Shown here one piece after another: positions 27,421-42,780 of a stretch of 64,000 nucleotides of DNA. How positions within the stretch are numbered: position 1 is the stretch's first letter; each line of letters starts with the position of its first letter. Both the position numbers and the translations under genes were made by a program. The DNA is from Rotaria socialis (Eukaryota), in NCBI GenBank assembly GCA_905331295.1, contig CAJNYD010000014.1:124001-188000 (forward strand), read 5' to 3'. Below the pieces are notes generated by a model. That model was not told the origin of the DNA. It did no database searches and saw only the letters and a list, made by a program, of their open reading frames with translations.

Positions 27421-30013
27421 TTACTGATCAACATGTCGATCAAGCTTCAATGTCGAGAACCAATCACGTACATTAAGTTCGATGGTACCCTTTGATGCAT
27501 CTACATCAATTGTTGAATCAGCAGATTCATGCGAGATAAAACCTAATGTTTAAATTAAGCCAAATTCTAAATCAAAATATTTCATATTCGTAGTTCTACC
27601 TTTGACTCGCACAATACCATCTTTGTGTACTGTTTGTCTATGAAAATGTTCAACTTCTTCAGATATTTGTACACGTTTACCGGCAAGATTCAATCGAACA
27701 TTTGCAGTATCTACCACACCCAATGTAACATCACCTGAATCAAATGTTAGTTTTAACAAAAAATGACAAAAACAAGGAATAACAATGTAACTAAATCAAA
27801 CCTTGTCGTGCATGTATTTTTGATCTATCAGTTGCTATAAAAAATACTTTCGCATCACCTTCTTCACAAATAACATTTACATTCCCGTCAACTGATCCTA
27901 GAAATCAAAAATAAATAATTGAATATTCTTTTTTTATTGATAATTCTCTTGCCAATATTAATCGAGCCAGCATGTAATTTCACTAATAAAAAGAAAAGCG
28001 ACATTAATCTAACACGAAAAATAATAATTCTATACCAATTCCATGCCCATGTAAAGTTCTAATACGAAAATTTCCCTGTTGTCCTTTTAGATGGAAATGC
28101 TCCGAAAATAAACTTTTAAGTTGTATATCCCCATTTTCAACTTTCAATCGAACAAAACTACCTTGTAGTTTCGATGCTTTTATTGCCTTATTCACCGGGA
28201 AAACAAACAAAATTAAAAAATATACCGTATTATAAATTAAATATATTTACACCGTCTCTTGCCGTACTCAAGTCGATTACTCCGTGTAATGAACCCAAGC
28301 ATGTTATGTTTCCTTTTTGACTGTGAACAACAATGCTATCTGCCTATAAAATTAAAAATAATAAATAAAATCTCGATAGAACAATAGTTATATTTGATTT
28401 GCTTTTTGTTTTACTAACAACAACATTTTTCAATGAACATTCGCCTTGCTTTGTTTGAATCTAGAAATATGAAAGAAAGAACAATAATTATAAACAATAA
28501 AATTCAGTGGCATTTGTTACATGCACTCCAGGAGATTGAAGATGTTCAACACTAACATTATTATTATCTGTACAAATAACATCAAGTTCTGAATAGAAAA
28601 GAAAAAAAAGTTTTTTGAGAACTAATATAAAATTTTCTAACTGACCATAATGAGGAGGAATTTGACAGCAAACTTCAAGAGTATGAGCTTGATCCCTCAA
28701 TTGTTTTTCACCTTTAATTAATCAAAAATATAGATTTTAAAAATATTGAGGATTAGACAAATATTTGATCGGCGACATAAATTCTCATTCCAAGCGGGAA
28801 AATGACGTTCAGGTCAAAAATGCTTAAAAACTAAACTTACGATACACACACTAAACAAATAAACAGTAACGACAATATACCGTTCCCCCAATAACGTCAC
28901 ACCACTGTAAAAATAAGTTTGCAGTGGAAAAATGAAAAATTCAATGAGAAAAATAGTTTGGATAAATGAAACATCATTTTTCGTTTAGAAGAAAAATGGG
29001 TTCGTACGTAATCGAAATGAACATACAGGTATTCGCGATAAGAGAAAAAGGAGTTTGCACAGTACTAAGGATGTTGGGAAAATTTACAGTCGGTTAGATT
29101 TTGGTTGACTTTGGTTAAAGCAATGATGAGTAAATTTGCATGAAGATGGGATGCCGAAAATCATTTACGATATAAGCGAAAGCTTTCATAGTTTTGTGGT
29201 GATGCGTGACGAATGTCAAAGGGCTGTTAAGAAGTTTGTTTCCAATGAATCGTTGGGAAAGAAGGAATGTGAAGAATGAAAATGAAAACTACTCATATTT
29301 TGTGTTTGTAAAGTTCTGTATAGCATGGAATATGTTGTAGACGCACGGATATCTTTTTTGAACAGTGACGACAAAAGTACTCGATATAAATTTAGTGTAC
29401 ACACACTGACTTATACTTACATAGTTTGTCTTCTGTTATAGACAGAACGGGAAAAGAATTCATTTTTGACCTGAACGGCATTTTCCCGCTTGATATGAAC
29501 ATCTATCTCACCGATCGATTTTTTGTCTGTTGCTGAAAATATTATAGAAATCCATTTACCTAATTCAGTAAATTGACCAAGAACATGAAGGGTTCGAGCA
29601 TCAGCATTATATAAACTGGAAAATGTAAATAATTTATTCCATGTTTCTTTTGAAAATTGCAAACCACTATCGCCTAATAAAATATATATATTCAGTAAAA
29701 ATATCCTTTTGTGTTTGTTCACAATTACATTCGTACCATAGATAGTAAAAAAAGCTTTGTCAAATCTTGGAAAATCTTTCTGATGAATTGGTGTTACATA
29801 AAGATTGAATGGACACCTTACTTCTAAACGACCTTGACTGACAACATTAACTGTTTCAGTATAAATTGTTTGAACTTCAGCATTTCTCATTACAGATGAT
29901 GGTGAAGTATCTAATCCACCGTAAAAACGCCAAGGTTGTTTGTTGATTAGACTTGATAGCCCTTTCAAACTTGGATGAACAGCCAATACATGTGTGCGAA
30001 CAAAGCAAATCAT
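27421..30013 (-). CDS. FAM185A: FAM185A-like protein (DUF4097/adhesin-like beta-repeat), multi-exon
   Basis: TVNVVSQGRLEVRCPFNLYVTP, LEVCCQIPPHY, repeated G-x-I/V beta motifs (KLQGSFVRLKVENGDI) and C-terminus GTIELNVRDWFSTLKL resemble FAM185A. Confidence 0.75.
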
Positions 30014-31674
30014 TGCATATCTAAAATAATATATTGAATTTTTAGAGTCAATACTAATCATAATGGTACAAGACAAAGCAAACAGGGACAATTAATAGCA
30101 ATGCCAATATTGAGCTTTTACAATGGAAAGCTGAATCTCTTGTAATTATACTATTGACTTTGACACTATTTAATAATCATGTAATAGGAAGCAGAGAAAT
30201 CATCAATAGCGAGCGGGAAAATGCTTACGATATTCGATTTCGATGATACTTGTATTCCATTAGAAGAATCCATTGGTTTATCTTTGCTTATCAACTCTAC
30301 AGATAAAGTAAGAAAAAAATGATTGCTGATTTTTTTAACTGTGGAGTTTTCGACACAAGTTTCAATATTCGTCGAATGAACCATTAATTTTAATTGTCTT
30401 AGTTTTAAATCAAAACTTTGACAAAAATAAATTACGAAAATTTTATATTGGTTACGTATAAAATATCCAGATATGATTCATCTCAGATACAAAACAAATA
30501 TAGAAATAGCTATCACTGAATATATTTATGGTAAGTTTTGCTTGTAAACTGGATTAAAGTTTACAGGTTTAGAAAAAATTGACGATTATCTTTCGCGATC
30601 TATTGATATTCGAAAAAGGCACGCCTCTTTTTTGATAGTTCAGAGTTAAGGGGAGCAATGTTCTTTTACAATACATGACACATCTCAGTGATAATATCAT
30701 TCTAATTTCATAGTAAAAACGTACATTCATAGAAAGATAGGTCAATGATCAACTCACATGTATAGATTCTTCAAAGATATGACGATTGATAAATATATTT
30801 TCAGGAGACTACTTTCCTACTATTTGACTGTGAGATTCCCATCTGACAGGAGCTCTAGAAACCTTGACAAAGGGCATCCCCCTTAACGTGGATGTGACGA
30901 AGAGCGGACACAGGTAGTTACATCAAGTGTGGGTACCGTAAAGAATCGACCAACAGTTTCACTCTCAGTGTAAGTGTTTTGACTATCGAACAGTAGTAGC
31001 CGCGCGCAATATTTCGTTTTTCATCTCATCCTCTAATTATTCACTTACATACTAGGTTTTTCAGGTTTCCTATAACATTTCTGAACTTGACATAAGTCAA
31101 TAATTTTAGGAGAAAACAAATCAGTATTTTAAACAAACACTGATTCATTTAACTATCTATTTTTCTTTAGTACACTGCCTATTGGTTCTACTATATCTCC
31201 GTCAAAGCTAATGCCCCTGGGAATTTACATATTTCCCAATATATTTTTATGGCATTGATAAAGTTCAATAGCCATTTATATAGTATTTATTCGTGATGAA
31301 TTTTTTTAAAATCTACTGAATTATGATGTTGTAATTCACAACTCATAAAGTGACAAAGAAGTTGAACGCATAGAGACTCAATTAAAATGTAAAAATTTTT
31401 GTTAGAAATTCCAAGTAACCGCATATCAGTCAGTATTTCAATATAAATTTTTTATAGGTTTTTTTCTGAGAATCAAAACCACTTCCCTCGTTTTTTTTTT
31501 GAATTAATAACAACAAAGAACAATTCATTACAAAATCAAACATGAACTTCAATTTTCTCTAGCGTTTTTTTTTCATAGGCTTTTTAAAGTGTATGAGAAT
31601 TACACACAAACACATAGAACATAGAACAAAAAAAAAAGAAATTGGACAGTTATGAATTAACATATAGATTGTAA

Positions 31675-34212
31675 CTAATGTCGAGATTTCTTTTCTTTTC
31701 GACTACTTTCACTACGACGATGTCCTTTTGAATGCGAACGTGAGCGTGAACGTGAACGTTTACGTGAATCTTTCTTTCTACGATGATGATCACGAGAACG
31801 TGAACGACGTTTTCGATCACGTGATTTCGATCGACTTCGTTTTCTTGATCTATTCAGAGAGAAAAGAAATAAAATACTATTGGAATAATATTAACTGTAA
31901 AATGATTACCTCGAACGGCGTTTAGGTGACCGAGCGGATTTTGATGATTTTTTACGTGATTTCGATCTTGATGACGAACGATGTCGTGAACGTGATGAAC
32001 GACGACCATTTTCACGAGTGGCATCAACTTCCTCGCCAGCTGGAGAATCTTTATGAACGGATACACTAAAAAAATAGATAATAACGTTTATTCAACAGTA
32101 AAACTAACGAGGCCAGTAAATACTTCGCCAAAAATTTGGCGATATTTATTCTCAAGCACTATCTGCAATAGCTATAGAATAACCGGCTGAAGAGTGCGCT
32201 GATCAATCTTTTATCTACGATTATGTTTCAGATGGAATTTATCTACATCCGTTTTAAAATGAATATCGTAGTCACTCACCATTCAGGAAAGCTCATTTTC
32301 AATTTTCTAGATGCTTCCGCTGTTTCTATCTCAAACTATAACTATATTGAGCACATAATTTACATAGCTATTGAACGATTGTATTTCTCAAGAGGGTCGA
32401 GTCATTTATTTCAAAATATATTTTAAAATTATATTATTTCTGCATCACTGCTTTAAACATATGAAGTCTTTTCAGATCATCCAAAGTTTATTGAAGTCTA
32501 AATAGTGCGCTTAGTCTGAACTCTTAAGTGAATGATTTAAGATACACAAACAAAATAACAAACCTTCGAGAACGTGATCGACTAAATGGCATATCTTCTT
32601 CATCTAAATATTAAACATTCAATTTTTTAAAATGCAAACACAATCCTTTGTGTTGTTTTTTGTCTTACCACTTCTCAATCCACGGACAGTTGCTGGCTTA
32701 ATAATACATGAAGTTGCATGGTTAACTCTAAAAATAGCATTCATTTATTTTGCTTTTGTGATATTTAGAATTCAACGTACAATAAAGGTCGACCAAAAAA
32801 TTGAAATCCATTTATAGAAAGAACTTTTGGAATTGATGGTTGCTCACTAAATTCAACATAAGCACCACGTGTTTCAGCATTTTCATCGACATAAGCCGCT
32901 CGAATAAATCGTATTTCACCAATTTGTGATAAAAATTCATGTAAAACATCCAAACCAACCTAATCAAAGTGAATAAACGGGCAGTAACAACATGGAAATA
33001 CATATCAAAGAAATCAATTGACTTACATTTTTTTCTATGTTTGATAAATAAACTGTGCGTCGAATTTCTTCAACTTTTGTAACATCTAATGTGCCAGGTA
33101 ATGGTGGATATGGTGGTAAATTTCTATCAGTTAATTCTGGATCAACGGTTTCAATATATGAAGGATTTTGTGGTTGACCGATAAGGCGATTAATAACGGT
33201 ACTTGGCCAAGTTGGACCACCACTAAGCAATGTTATACTTGGATTCAATGGTGCACAATATATCATTGCATCAGTTTCATCTGGTATAGTATTTTCAAAT
33301 ACTTGCGTAACTATTAATGGTTTATCAATAAATATTGTATTTGTCATATTTAATGCAGCATGAACACTATCATTACGGTCAAATTTTATGTAACCAACTT
33401 TAGCATTGATTGTTGCTGTTAATGTATCGCTGTAGAACGACAAAAAAAATTACATTTAGTTAAGATATTTAGGAACATAGAATAGATTTTGACGTGAATA
33501 AATATATTATAGTCAGCTATTGAAAACAGTAATCAAAAATGTATAAAACATACATAGTATAGTATTTTAATAATTAGAAAAAGCATTAATCGTATTTTTG
33601 CATACTCCAAGTTAAAGTATTATAGGGAATATTCATTCTTTCATGCAGTTGACGATTCCAACTTTCAGTCAGATCTTTCAGAAAATATTCTCTAAGTCGA
33701 TATTCGAAATTTAACTGTTCGATTACATTTACTTAGAAATTCACACAGTCAGAAATCCTATATTAGCCAATAGGAGACGAAAAATGTGTCAAGTTTTGAA
33801 TTAGCTCTTAACTGATTTTCATATACGTCGTATGATCTAGGATTGTAAACAAACTATAATATATCTATATCGTTCCTATTCACATTATTGGTGCCACTGA
33901 AGATAAAGCATATTTATTATTACTCTCTAGATTATGATGCCTTTAAATAAATATAGACATCAATATGAATAAAAAAAATTCTATGGGAGTCTCCAAAATT
34001 TAATGTATTTTTTCTGCTAAAAATGAATTCTATTTCTCCATACTCTGACTATATGTCTCACAAATTCATTTAATAGCGTACCTATCAGGATACAATTGAG
34101 CATCATCGATGCGGCCGAAAAAATTAAACAGTGCCTTTAATTGATCTCTTTGGCATGTCGTTGATACATTACATACTTGAACAACTTTACTATGAGAAAC
34201 TATGGTCGACAT
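31675..34212 (-). CDS. SRSF11: SR splicing factor SRSF11/SREK1 (SRp54-like): two RRMs plus RS domain
   Basis: First exon MSTIVSHSKVVQVCNVSTTCQRDQLKALFNFFGRIDDAQLYPD, then MTNTIFIDKPLIV...IPDE, KVEEIRRTVYLSN and AYVEFSEQPSI. The C-terminal RS repeats end KSRH*. Confidence 0.9.
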
Positions 34213-35497
34213 CTAGAATGAAAACATAAAAGGTTATGTTCTTATATCAATAGAGATTTTCTCTAAAAAGATTTTTTTATTAGAAAATACGAAATAAAAT
34301 ATTCAAGCAAAACTATTATGATGCTTCAATACCATTCACTATGAAAAATAGAATCTTGTTTAATTTGAAAATTCTTTTTTTCTTCTCATACAGCATCATT
34401 TTATGTAATCATACAATAGGTGTAATTGAATCAGTGTCAATAATATACGCATTTCTTCCCGAGAAATACGGTCAGCTAATATAAACCATACATATAATTG
34501 ATTTAAATCTTATAATTCATACGCTCAACAAAATATTCGATAGACGCGGTGCCAATGAATACGAATTTTTCTATGAGGACAGTTGAATAATTTTATCCTG
34601 AAGATCACATCTCTTAATACATAAGAAATAATTCCTAAAAAATACAAAAATAAAACATGTAAAATTTCATCTCTCATTTGGACAGTCATATAAAACTATT
34701 TTCTTTAAAATGAAACTTAATATAGTTTCAGATCACATACAATTTTAGTTACAGAAAAACACCGAAAATTCTAACTGTATTCACTGCAGTTTAAATGAAT
34801 AACAAAACGATGACTTTTGTTTCGTTGAACTCTTTATATTTTCAAACTGTCTTTTCGCTGATATTCACTAGAGAAAAATGTACGAGCAAGATCGGAATGA
34901 ATTTGAGTCCATCTCAAAATTAATTTCTCAGGTATCATTGAAATACATGAACAAAACATAATTAGGATTGCTAGTCACAAAGCTATACTGCACTTTCGAG
35001 CACTAGCTCGTCATTGTCAAAGAAACCAACGCTGTGGAAAACTGTTTCTTAAATAGATCTGAGCCTTTGTTTCCGTATCTCTTAAAGTACGTTTCAATTC
35101 AAGAGAAAATACATCCGTTCGAAATATTTCCGAAAAAAAGATCCATTGAATTTTTATTTATCTCATTTTGTCTGATCTAATTCGCATGCACAAAAACTTG
35201 AGTTAAAACTGCAAGAAAAATAATTACTTGATTATGTTAATTATCTTCTATTTATTGACTTGAATCTATTGAATATCTGTCGCATCAGAGCCACCATTGG
35301 AATGATTATTAACGTTAAAACAAAAGTCAATTTTTGTATGTAAGCATTAGAAACAATGCTACAAACGAACGGAAGAAAATAACGAGTGGCGGCTTGATTC
35401 TGATTGAAGAAAACAATTCAACCAATCGTGTAACTTCTTGTTAGATGACAGTAAATTTTTGAAATAACTTTCTTATTATGCTACATTCGAACTAAAT

Positions 35498-38076
35498 ATG
35501 TATACAAATGAAGAGATCGATGCATTTCTTAAAAAGATAGTCGACAGTCAAAAAACAGGAACTACTGAATTGAAATCACAAGTCGATAAGAATATATTAA
35601 AAGATTTAATTCACCAAAACAATGATTATCGAGATAAAGTGATTCGTATTGTCGCTGAACTCTGTAAAGATGGTAAAAAGAAAACAAAATCTTATAATAT
35701 GTGTGTCTTATATTTATTGATTTTTAGAATCTCAGCGACATGAATGTGTAAAATTAGATTTTATGGCACCTTTAAAAGAACCTTTAATATATGGTACCCT
35801 TCAAGAAAAAATCGAGTCATGTCGTGCGATAGGAAACATGTGTTATGAAAATGGTTTGAAGATTTTATTTAAAACTTCCTTATCATAATTAGTTCTTTTT
35901 TTAGCTGATGGTTGTGATTTAGTATTCAATACAATTGGTATAGATAATTTATTTGATGTATGTCGTTATTCATGTGACATAAATGAAACAGGAGGTGAAC
36001 AATTACGAATGATGACATTAGGTGCATTACACAATATAATTAATTCGAATGGTAAAATAAAATAAAAATAGAATTACATTTATCCCTTCGTCTTTTCATT
36101 TAGAAAAAGTTGCAGAATCAATTTTCAAAGAAAATATATTTCAAGTGTTTCTTCTCTATGTACCATATTTATCTGAATCGAAAATACCCTTATTTTTATT
36201 TTCAATTTGTTCAAATATGGTCGATCATGATACAAGTATTAAAATATGCCTTTTCGAAGACACACAATTTTCGATAAGAATCTATTCAAATTATTTCTTT
36301 GGAAAAAAGATATGTTTATACAGTAGATAAAAGAAAACTTTCAACGATACCCTACTTATTCAATACAGAATCAAGCGAAAGATTTTTTAAATCTTAAAAT
36401 TCAATAAGTACACTAAAACTATCATTTATTATCATTTAGAATGTGAAAAACTTATTTCCAGTCATTTATTATCGGAAATCGGAAATCAAATAAGCGAGTC
36501 AAATATTTATGATAATCGTTCTGTTATTTTACCATATTTACTTGACGCATGCGAAGAAGGTTTATTTTATTTTTTATTTCAATTTTCTAAATGAATTTCA
36601 TACTTTTCCCTTTCTCATGTAGATGATGTCAAAGAGGAATTATGTTCATCATTGTTTTATTATAAATTAATTAATTTATGTGAAAAGCATGCTGGGAAAG
36701 ATGAAGAATTTCTTCGTGAAGCCTGTTATTTACTGGTTGTTCTCATAACCGCGGGTATTTTTTTTTATTAAAAACAAAAGAAATCTTAAATATGTCTTAA
36801 TTTGTTTTTGTCTAGATAAATCTATTGATCATTTATTAACTTCTAAAAAATATGATCTACTTGAATATGGCATTTCATGGTTAGAAAAATCAAATTTGCA
36901 ATTGAAAATGACCGGTGCGTTAATAATAACAAATTTAACGCGAAATGATCAAGCAGCAATAGGTATATTAGCTGATAAATGCAAGCCTGACATAAAATTA
37001 GTTGAACAATTGAAATATTTTTCAACTGAGCTACAAAATAAATTAGAATCAATGACAGATGAACAAGCGAAAGCGGTTCATGGAATATTAGGTGCATTAA
37101 GAAATCTTGCTGTGCCAAGTAATACTAGAAAAATATAAGCCTTTTCTTTTCTACTATTGCTTTCTATTTTCTTTTAGCTGCTAATCGAAGTTTACTCGTG
37201 AATAGTAATGTTATTGATAATGTTCTTCTATATATATTTGCAAAAAACTTTGGTGGAGAAATAGCTTACAAAGGTAAAAATATTAATGTCTACTATTAAA
37301 ATAATATGTTAATAGTTCAATTTACTTTTCAGCAACTGGTGTTATTCGTTTTCTTCTTCGAGATGCAAAAGAAACTTCAAAAGCAGCCATTGTAGATGAT
37401 CTAATTTTAAAGCAAATTGTTGCCAATAGTAATGCCATACACGCGGGCTTACAATGTCAGTTTTTTTTTAAAATTTAAATAGTAATGATCAAATTCGTAT
37501 AAAAATATATTTTTTTAGTTGAATCTCGTCGTGTTCTATTTTTATTACCAATTGCATTAAAAGAGCTTGGTGCTATTGAAGCACTTGCGCGAAATGATGC
37601 ATTTTCACTTATAACTTCAACATTGGCATCGTGTGATGTACAAGCTAATCGTAGCATCATTCAAAATGAAGCACTTATTGCACTCAATATTATTTTAATG
37701 CTAGCGAACGGTTAGTTGCATATCGTTAATTTCATTTATTTCATTTATTTATGCTTAGGATTTGTTTGTGAGAAACTAAAAGAAGCAAATTTTCATGATA
37801 ATCTTAAAGAATTTTTAAAACAAGAAATTCAACATCCAGAAGTATTTAATAATATTCTTCAATTGATTCTTTTGATTAAAAAACAAAGTAATGATTCGAT
37901 TGTGTGACTTGTGGTATTATTTGAAAGAAGAATTTTTGTATTTAGATAATTTCTTAACAGCAGAACAATTACATGAATATAAGCCATTACTAGAAAATAG
38001 TCGTATCGGTCAAAATTGTGATGGTCGAAGACTCATCGATCGAACACTGGATATTATACAGAATGAACTCAAATAG
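35498..38076 (+). CDS. RAP1GDS1: Rap1 GTPase-GDP dissociation stimulator 1 (SmgGDS/Vimar), armadillo repeats, multi-exon
   Basis: RIVAELCKD, SCRAIGNMCYEN, TGALIITNLTRND, HGILGALRNLAVP, IIQNEALIAL and HPEVFNN, with short GT-AG introns. Confidence 0.85.
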
Positions 38077-39642
38077 TTGTTTCTTTTCTTCATTTTAAAA
38101 ATATAAAAGACAAATTTCGAACACATTGTATTTGTGGAATATCATTTAATTCGTTGTGTTTTATCAGTATTTCATTTTAAATGAAGACCAAGAAAAAATA
38201 TTCATAAGAATAGATTTCACTTGTTGTGGATGGCTGCCTTTTCGTTTTCTCTTTCTACGTTTAACCCAAGCAAAAACATTTACGCGAAAACTCAACATAT
38301 TCTCGATTATAATCGATTGTCTATGATCTTTATTTATCAATTAGAATCGATTTTCATCAGTATTTTATTATTTTTTTCTCGATTAAAATCCACAAAATTG
38401 ATTCGTTTCTCAAATCGATTATAACTATTGAGATTAGATTCGTTTCAAATACACTCCTACTACTAATAATAATATATTAGAATCAATTTGATTTTGAATG
38501 CATTCTAATGAATTGAGTTTTATGCAGGTTAAAATAGCTAAATTGAAAACTCAATTAAAAGTCATTCAATTTTTTCAACAGAATAGTTTACGAAAATGAA
38601 GCAAAACTGATTCTAGACTGAAAAAAATCTTTTGAAAGCTTACACGATCAGAAATCACGATTGATTTTTTTTGTAATTAATAAGAAAACGGTTGAAAAAA
38701 ATCATTAGAGATGATTTTTATGATTATGTTGCGTTATAAAAGTTAAAGTTAAAACCATCATAGTAATTTAAAGATTGTTCATTTCAACAGTGTAAAATAA
38801 GTGACTATTCAAATCTTAAAAATATGATATCTGGAAAATTTGGAAAGATAGGTTATTACTTCAATACTTGGTAATAAGCAACATGCACAAGCAATCCTAA
38901 ATCAGTAACTATCATCTTTATTATTCAAAAAATGATTGAACAACCTATTTAGACTCAATTACATGTAAGACCAAGGCAAAACCTTAGACACTGAGCTCGA
39001 TTTCAACATACATGCTCTGGTTTAAATTTAGAACAGCGATTCAATTATCTTGAAAATCGCATCGAAAATCTGATGTAATACACGATAACCAGAAACATCA
39101 AACCCCTTTCAAAGAAAAAACTTTATCACTCTTTACAGTACTTCCCATAAAAATAATTGATTGCACAAAACCTCCACATTCCTGGGTTATAATACGAATT
39201 TCCTTTTAATATAAAGCTGAGTTAGTTTTTCGTTATTTCTTCCTTTCGCTTCAAAACGAATATTAAGGATCAATTTTGTTTTCAAACCAAATCATTTTTT
39301 TTGTTTTGCTCCGTTGATTCAAATGGAATATGTTCAGACTTGTTTTCCGTTTTGATAGCGATTGCTTTTATTGATTTCTTCCTTTTTCTTAGAGAGGGGT
39401 ATCACCAGTTCGTTTAGCAGAAAATAAGGAAGTAAAAGTATATTTTGTTGCGAAAATAAAAATTCTGAATAATGTAATTTAGAGAATACTGATGAATTCT
39501 TGAGAAAATACTTTCAGGAAAGTAAACATAAGTCTAATCTTGCTAACTATAAATCAGCGCTACTGGAAGTAATTGATGAGATATGTTACTATGTGCCTGA
39601 TGTCGATCTCAAACCATCACAGCTGCTTTGAATCACCTGCTA

Positions 39643-39820
39643 CCCAGGTCGAACATTACGATGACCTGATATGATATGATCGTAAACGGTTACTAACGGC
39701 CGTAATGTGGTCGGATATTTCAGTATCCGACCGTATATGATCGTTTATGGCACGATGCAAAACGACCGTAGTACGGTGCATACCAAACGGCCGTGTACGA
39801 CACAAGTTAATCGACCTGCG
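39643..39820. mobile_element. MITE with CCCAGGTCGA termini (CMC/EnSpm-like), CGTA/ACGG internal repeats
   Basis: CCCAGGTCGA...TCGACCTGCG ends with a GC-rich, internally palindromic body. Confidence 0.7.
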
Positions 39821-39911
39821 TTAGTTGATTTAGGATTGATTAAAAACAGATAAAAATCAACTGAAATTTGTTGTAGGCGGTAGTATTGTGAAACAACTGT
39901 TGCATCCATTA

Positions 39912-40262
39912 CCCAGGCCGTTCATTCCTACAACTGGATCCAATCGGATCTGAAAACGGGTTACCTCAGATCTTATATGAAAAGCCACTAGAATCGACGG
40001 ATTCCGGGTTTTGGACCGAGATTCGGATCCATAGGATTGGAATCCGATTGTATCCTACTCTGAGATCCGATACGCCAAAAAAGTCTGTTATAGTCAACCT
40101 CTAAAAAGCTTTTTTGCACTAAATAGAGCCTTGATAATTTTTTTAAATTCTCCCGTCGGATTCGTCAATAATTCCGAAATCCAGAATCCAATTGCGAATT
40201 TCCTCGGTTAGTAGGATGTTATAGGATCCGATGGAATTCGTCGTCGGATTAGTCGACCTGGG
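39912..40262. mobile_element. MITE with CCCAGG...CCTGGG termini, 2-bp TSD TA/TA
   Basis: ta-CCCAGGCCG...GTCGACCTGGG-ta with GGATCC/ATCCGA subterminal repeats. Confidence 0.75.
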
Positions 40263-40595
40263 TATAACCGATTTTACCGCTATTTTTTAACATGGGAATG
40301 ATGTTGTCGCTCTGAACGAAATGAATAGTCGCCTGCTTATGAAATGTGAACAACCTGTAAGCAACCGATGTCGCATATTTCTTGTCACTACCACTGGTAT
40401 ACCGCGGTACTCATAATAACCGGCGATATGCCGGCAGTTTACCGACAGTAGGGCGCACATTGTACCGGACGGTGAGCCATCGGTATACCACCGTTTTTTT
40501 TCTGGTTTGAATCACATGGGCACTCTGTTTTTCATTAATATTTGTTTTTATTGTACGATTTCCTATCTAATCATAAAAATACTTGATGAATAATT

Positions 40596-42291
40596 CCCAG
40601 TAGATTCAATCCGATAATAGGATCCGACAAGATCCAATCAGATCCGATAGAGTTCCTGTATGATTCCATCGAATTTCAATAGAATCCTATAAGGATTTCA
40701 TCGGAATCCTGGTTCAGGACCTACAGTCGGATCCTCAGTGTCGAAATCCGACGGAAATTTGCTTCACGCATTCGATGGGAAACAGTTATCATGAATTTCT
40801 CGTGTCCGAGAGTGGGAAACCGATGATAATCGTATAATTTCCGATAGACGAACTCAGTAGGATCCCATGGGTCGGATAGCCCTACGAAATTCCTATAAGA
40901 ACCTACCAGATATCACCATGTTCCTATGGGGCACGTCAGGCTCCAACACTAATAATCCCAAGAGATTTCCTACACTTGGTTCTTATCGGATCCCCTGAAT
41001 TCCAATAGGGCCCCGAAGGATCAGATGAAAAACATGATAATATGCTTTAGTGTAGACTATTCGCCGATGCCATAGTAGTCCACACAACATCCAATAAGAA
41101 TAACAAATTAAAAAATATATTGCAACTGCTAATTTGAACAATAGACCCAAAGGATGAGTACACAATTTAATACACTATAAAGGAATTGGGTGGGAAATAC
41201 AATTAAAACAAATTCAGCGAAACAGAAAAAACCAAATATTTCTTCTTCCCCTATATCCACCTGAAGTACGTGTCTAACGGTTTTCCAAAAAAAACATAAA
41301 ATAGTTTCCAAACGAACCAATCAACCTGACGAGATATCTCACTGAAGTCACTTCTCCTTCATGCCACGAAAAAAAACTAGCTAAGGTTTTATTCAAAACC
41401 ATAAAATATTACTTCGAGCGTCACACCGGGAGATTATGTGCATTTTAAAAGTCTATACGATTGTACATGTCACCTCCGTTTACCACCTTCATTTCCAACT
41501 AGCAACATCACGAGCCTCCACTTTCTTCGAAACCCTTAGGAATGGTGAAAATATCTTCTACTCCACATTCAACACAGCAGCATTTCTGCCAAACGTATCA
41601 CAGCCGCGAAACAAAAACGCACACACACCGCCTTTTAACTGCTTACAAATCTCACAATTATCCAAACTTACTAGATTAAGCTCTATTTAAGCACGAATAC
41701 TCTATCTAAAATTCCAAAAAAGTTTTTTTCCAAGTTTGAATCAGCGCTGTTTCAGCAGCAGTTGCATGACTGAGATTCTAATGTTCAGTTTTTTCTGACT
41801 AATGCTCTTGTCTTGGAAAGTAAAGTTGATGTGACTGATTTTATTTAATGGAAGTATGTTTCTGAGAAATGTAGTAATAGATTTTTTTCATGCGTTTGTT
41901 TCTTTTTTCTGCATATTTTGAGATGGATTGTGTTGGGTGATAACGCGAGTAGTTTCTGTGGAATAGCTAGTGACATTGTTTTTTTTTTTGGGAATAATTT
42001 AGGAAGAATCTTATTAGTTGAGTGGTGGTATGGCCCATAACAAAGTTTTGAGATGCATATAGACGAGTGTATCCATTTCCAAAGAGACTGATAGGATCCG
42101 CCTGGAATCTTATTTGAATCCTAGTGCCGGAAGTCCCATCGGTTAGTGCAGTCGTATATCATTGGATATTCATCGGAATCCGACTGTCGAATCCGTCACT
42201 GATTCCTCAACCAGGAATCCCATCAGATATTGTCGGCTGGTTGGATCCCACCAGATCCGATGGGATCCAACATCGGATTCATTCACCTGGG
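40596..42291. mobile_element. Longer (~1.7 kb) element of the CCCAG family with subterminal repeat arrays at both ends
   Basis: The left end CCCAGTAGATTCAATCCGA matches the reverse complement of the right end TCGGATTCATTCACCTGGG. ATCCGA/GGATC arrays lie at ~40600-41020 and ~42085-42290. Confidence 0.6.
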
Positions 42292-42780
42292 AAGTGTCAT
42301 GAATCAGAAAAATCAACATCCTTTTGACATGTATAACGTGTCTGATTTCAATTTTTTAGCCCAAAAAACTATTTCATGATAGGATACAATAATAAACCTT
42401 TTACCATAGAATAATAAATCCTTGCACACAAGTGCATAATAATAAACCCTTCTTATTTTCAAATACCCTTGGTTTCATAAACGCTTCACGTAATAAACGG
42501 TTTTAGAGTTTCGGACAAAAACATAAACCCTTTAAGAGTTTATGAAACTTTTTTTTTACTACTAAGGTTTTGTATTCTACGATTTTTTTTACGGTGTATT
42601 CTATACAAAAGGATGCGTCACTTTTATGAAAAACCGTCGGCATACCGCCGATTTTTTTCAGTTTGAATCACGTGAGAACAGAAGAAAAGATAAAGGACAT
42701 GAGAGAACGCAAAAAAAACGGTTTTTTTCTTCGTACTGTAATGACACTTTTACGATTTAAACTTGACGATTATATTCAGC

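Noticed and set aside
39643..42300. Short interspersed GC-rich repeats as a possible CRISPR-like array
   Set aside because: There is no constant repeat or spacer length, the repeats are TE subterminal arrays, and the context is eukaryotic with no cas genes.
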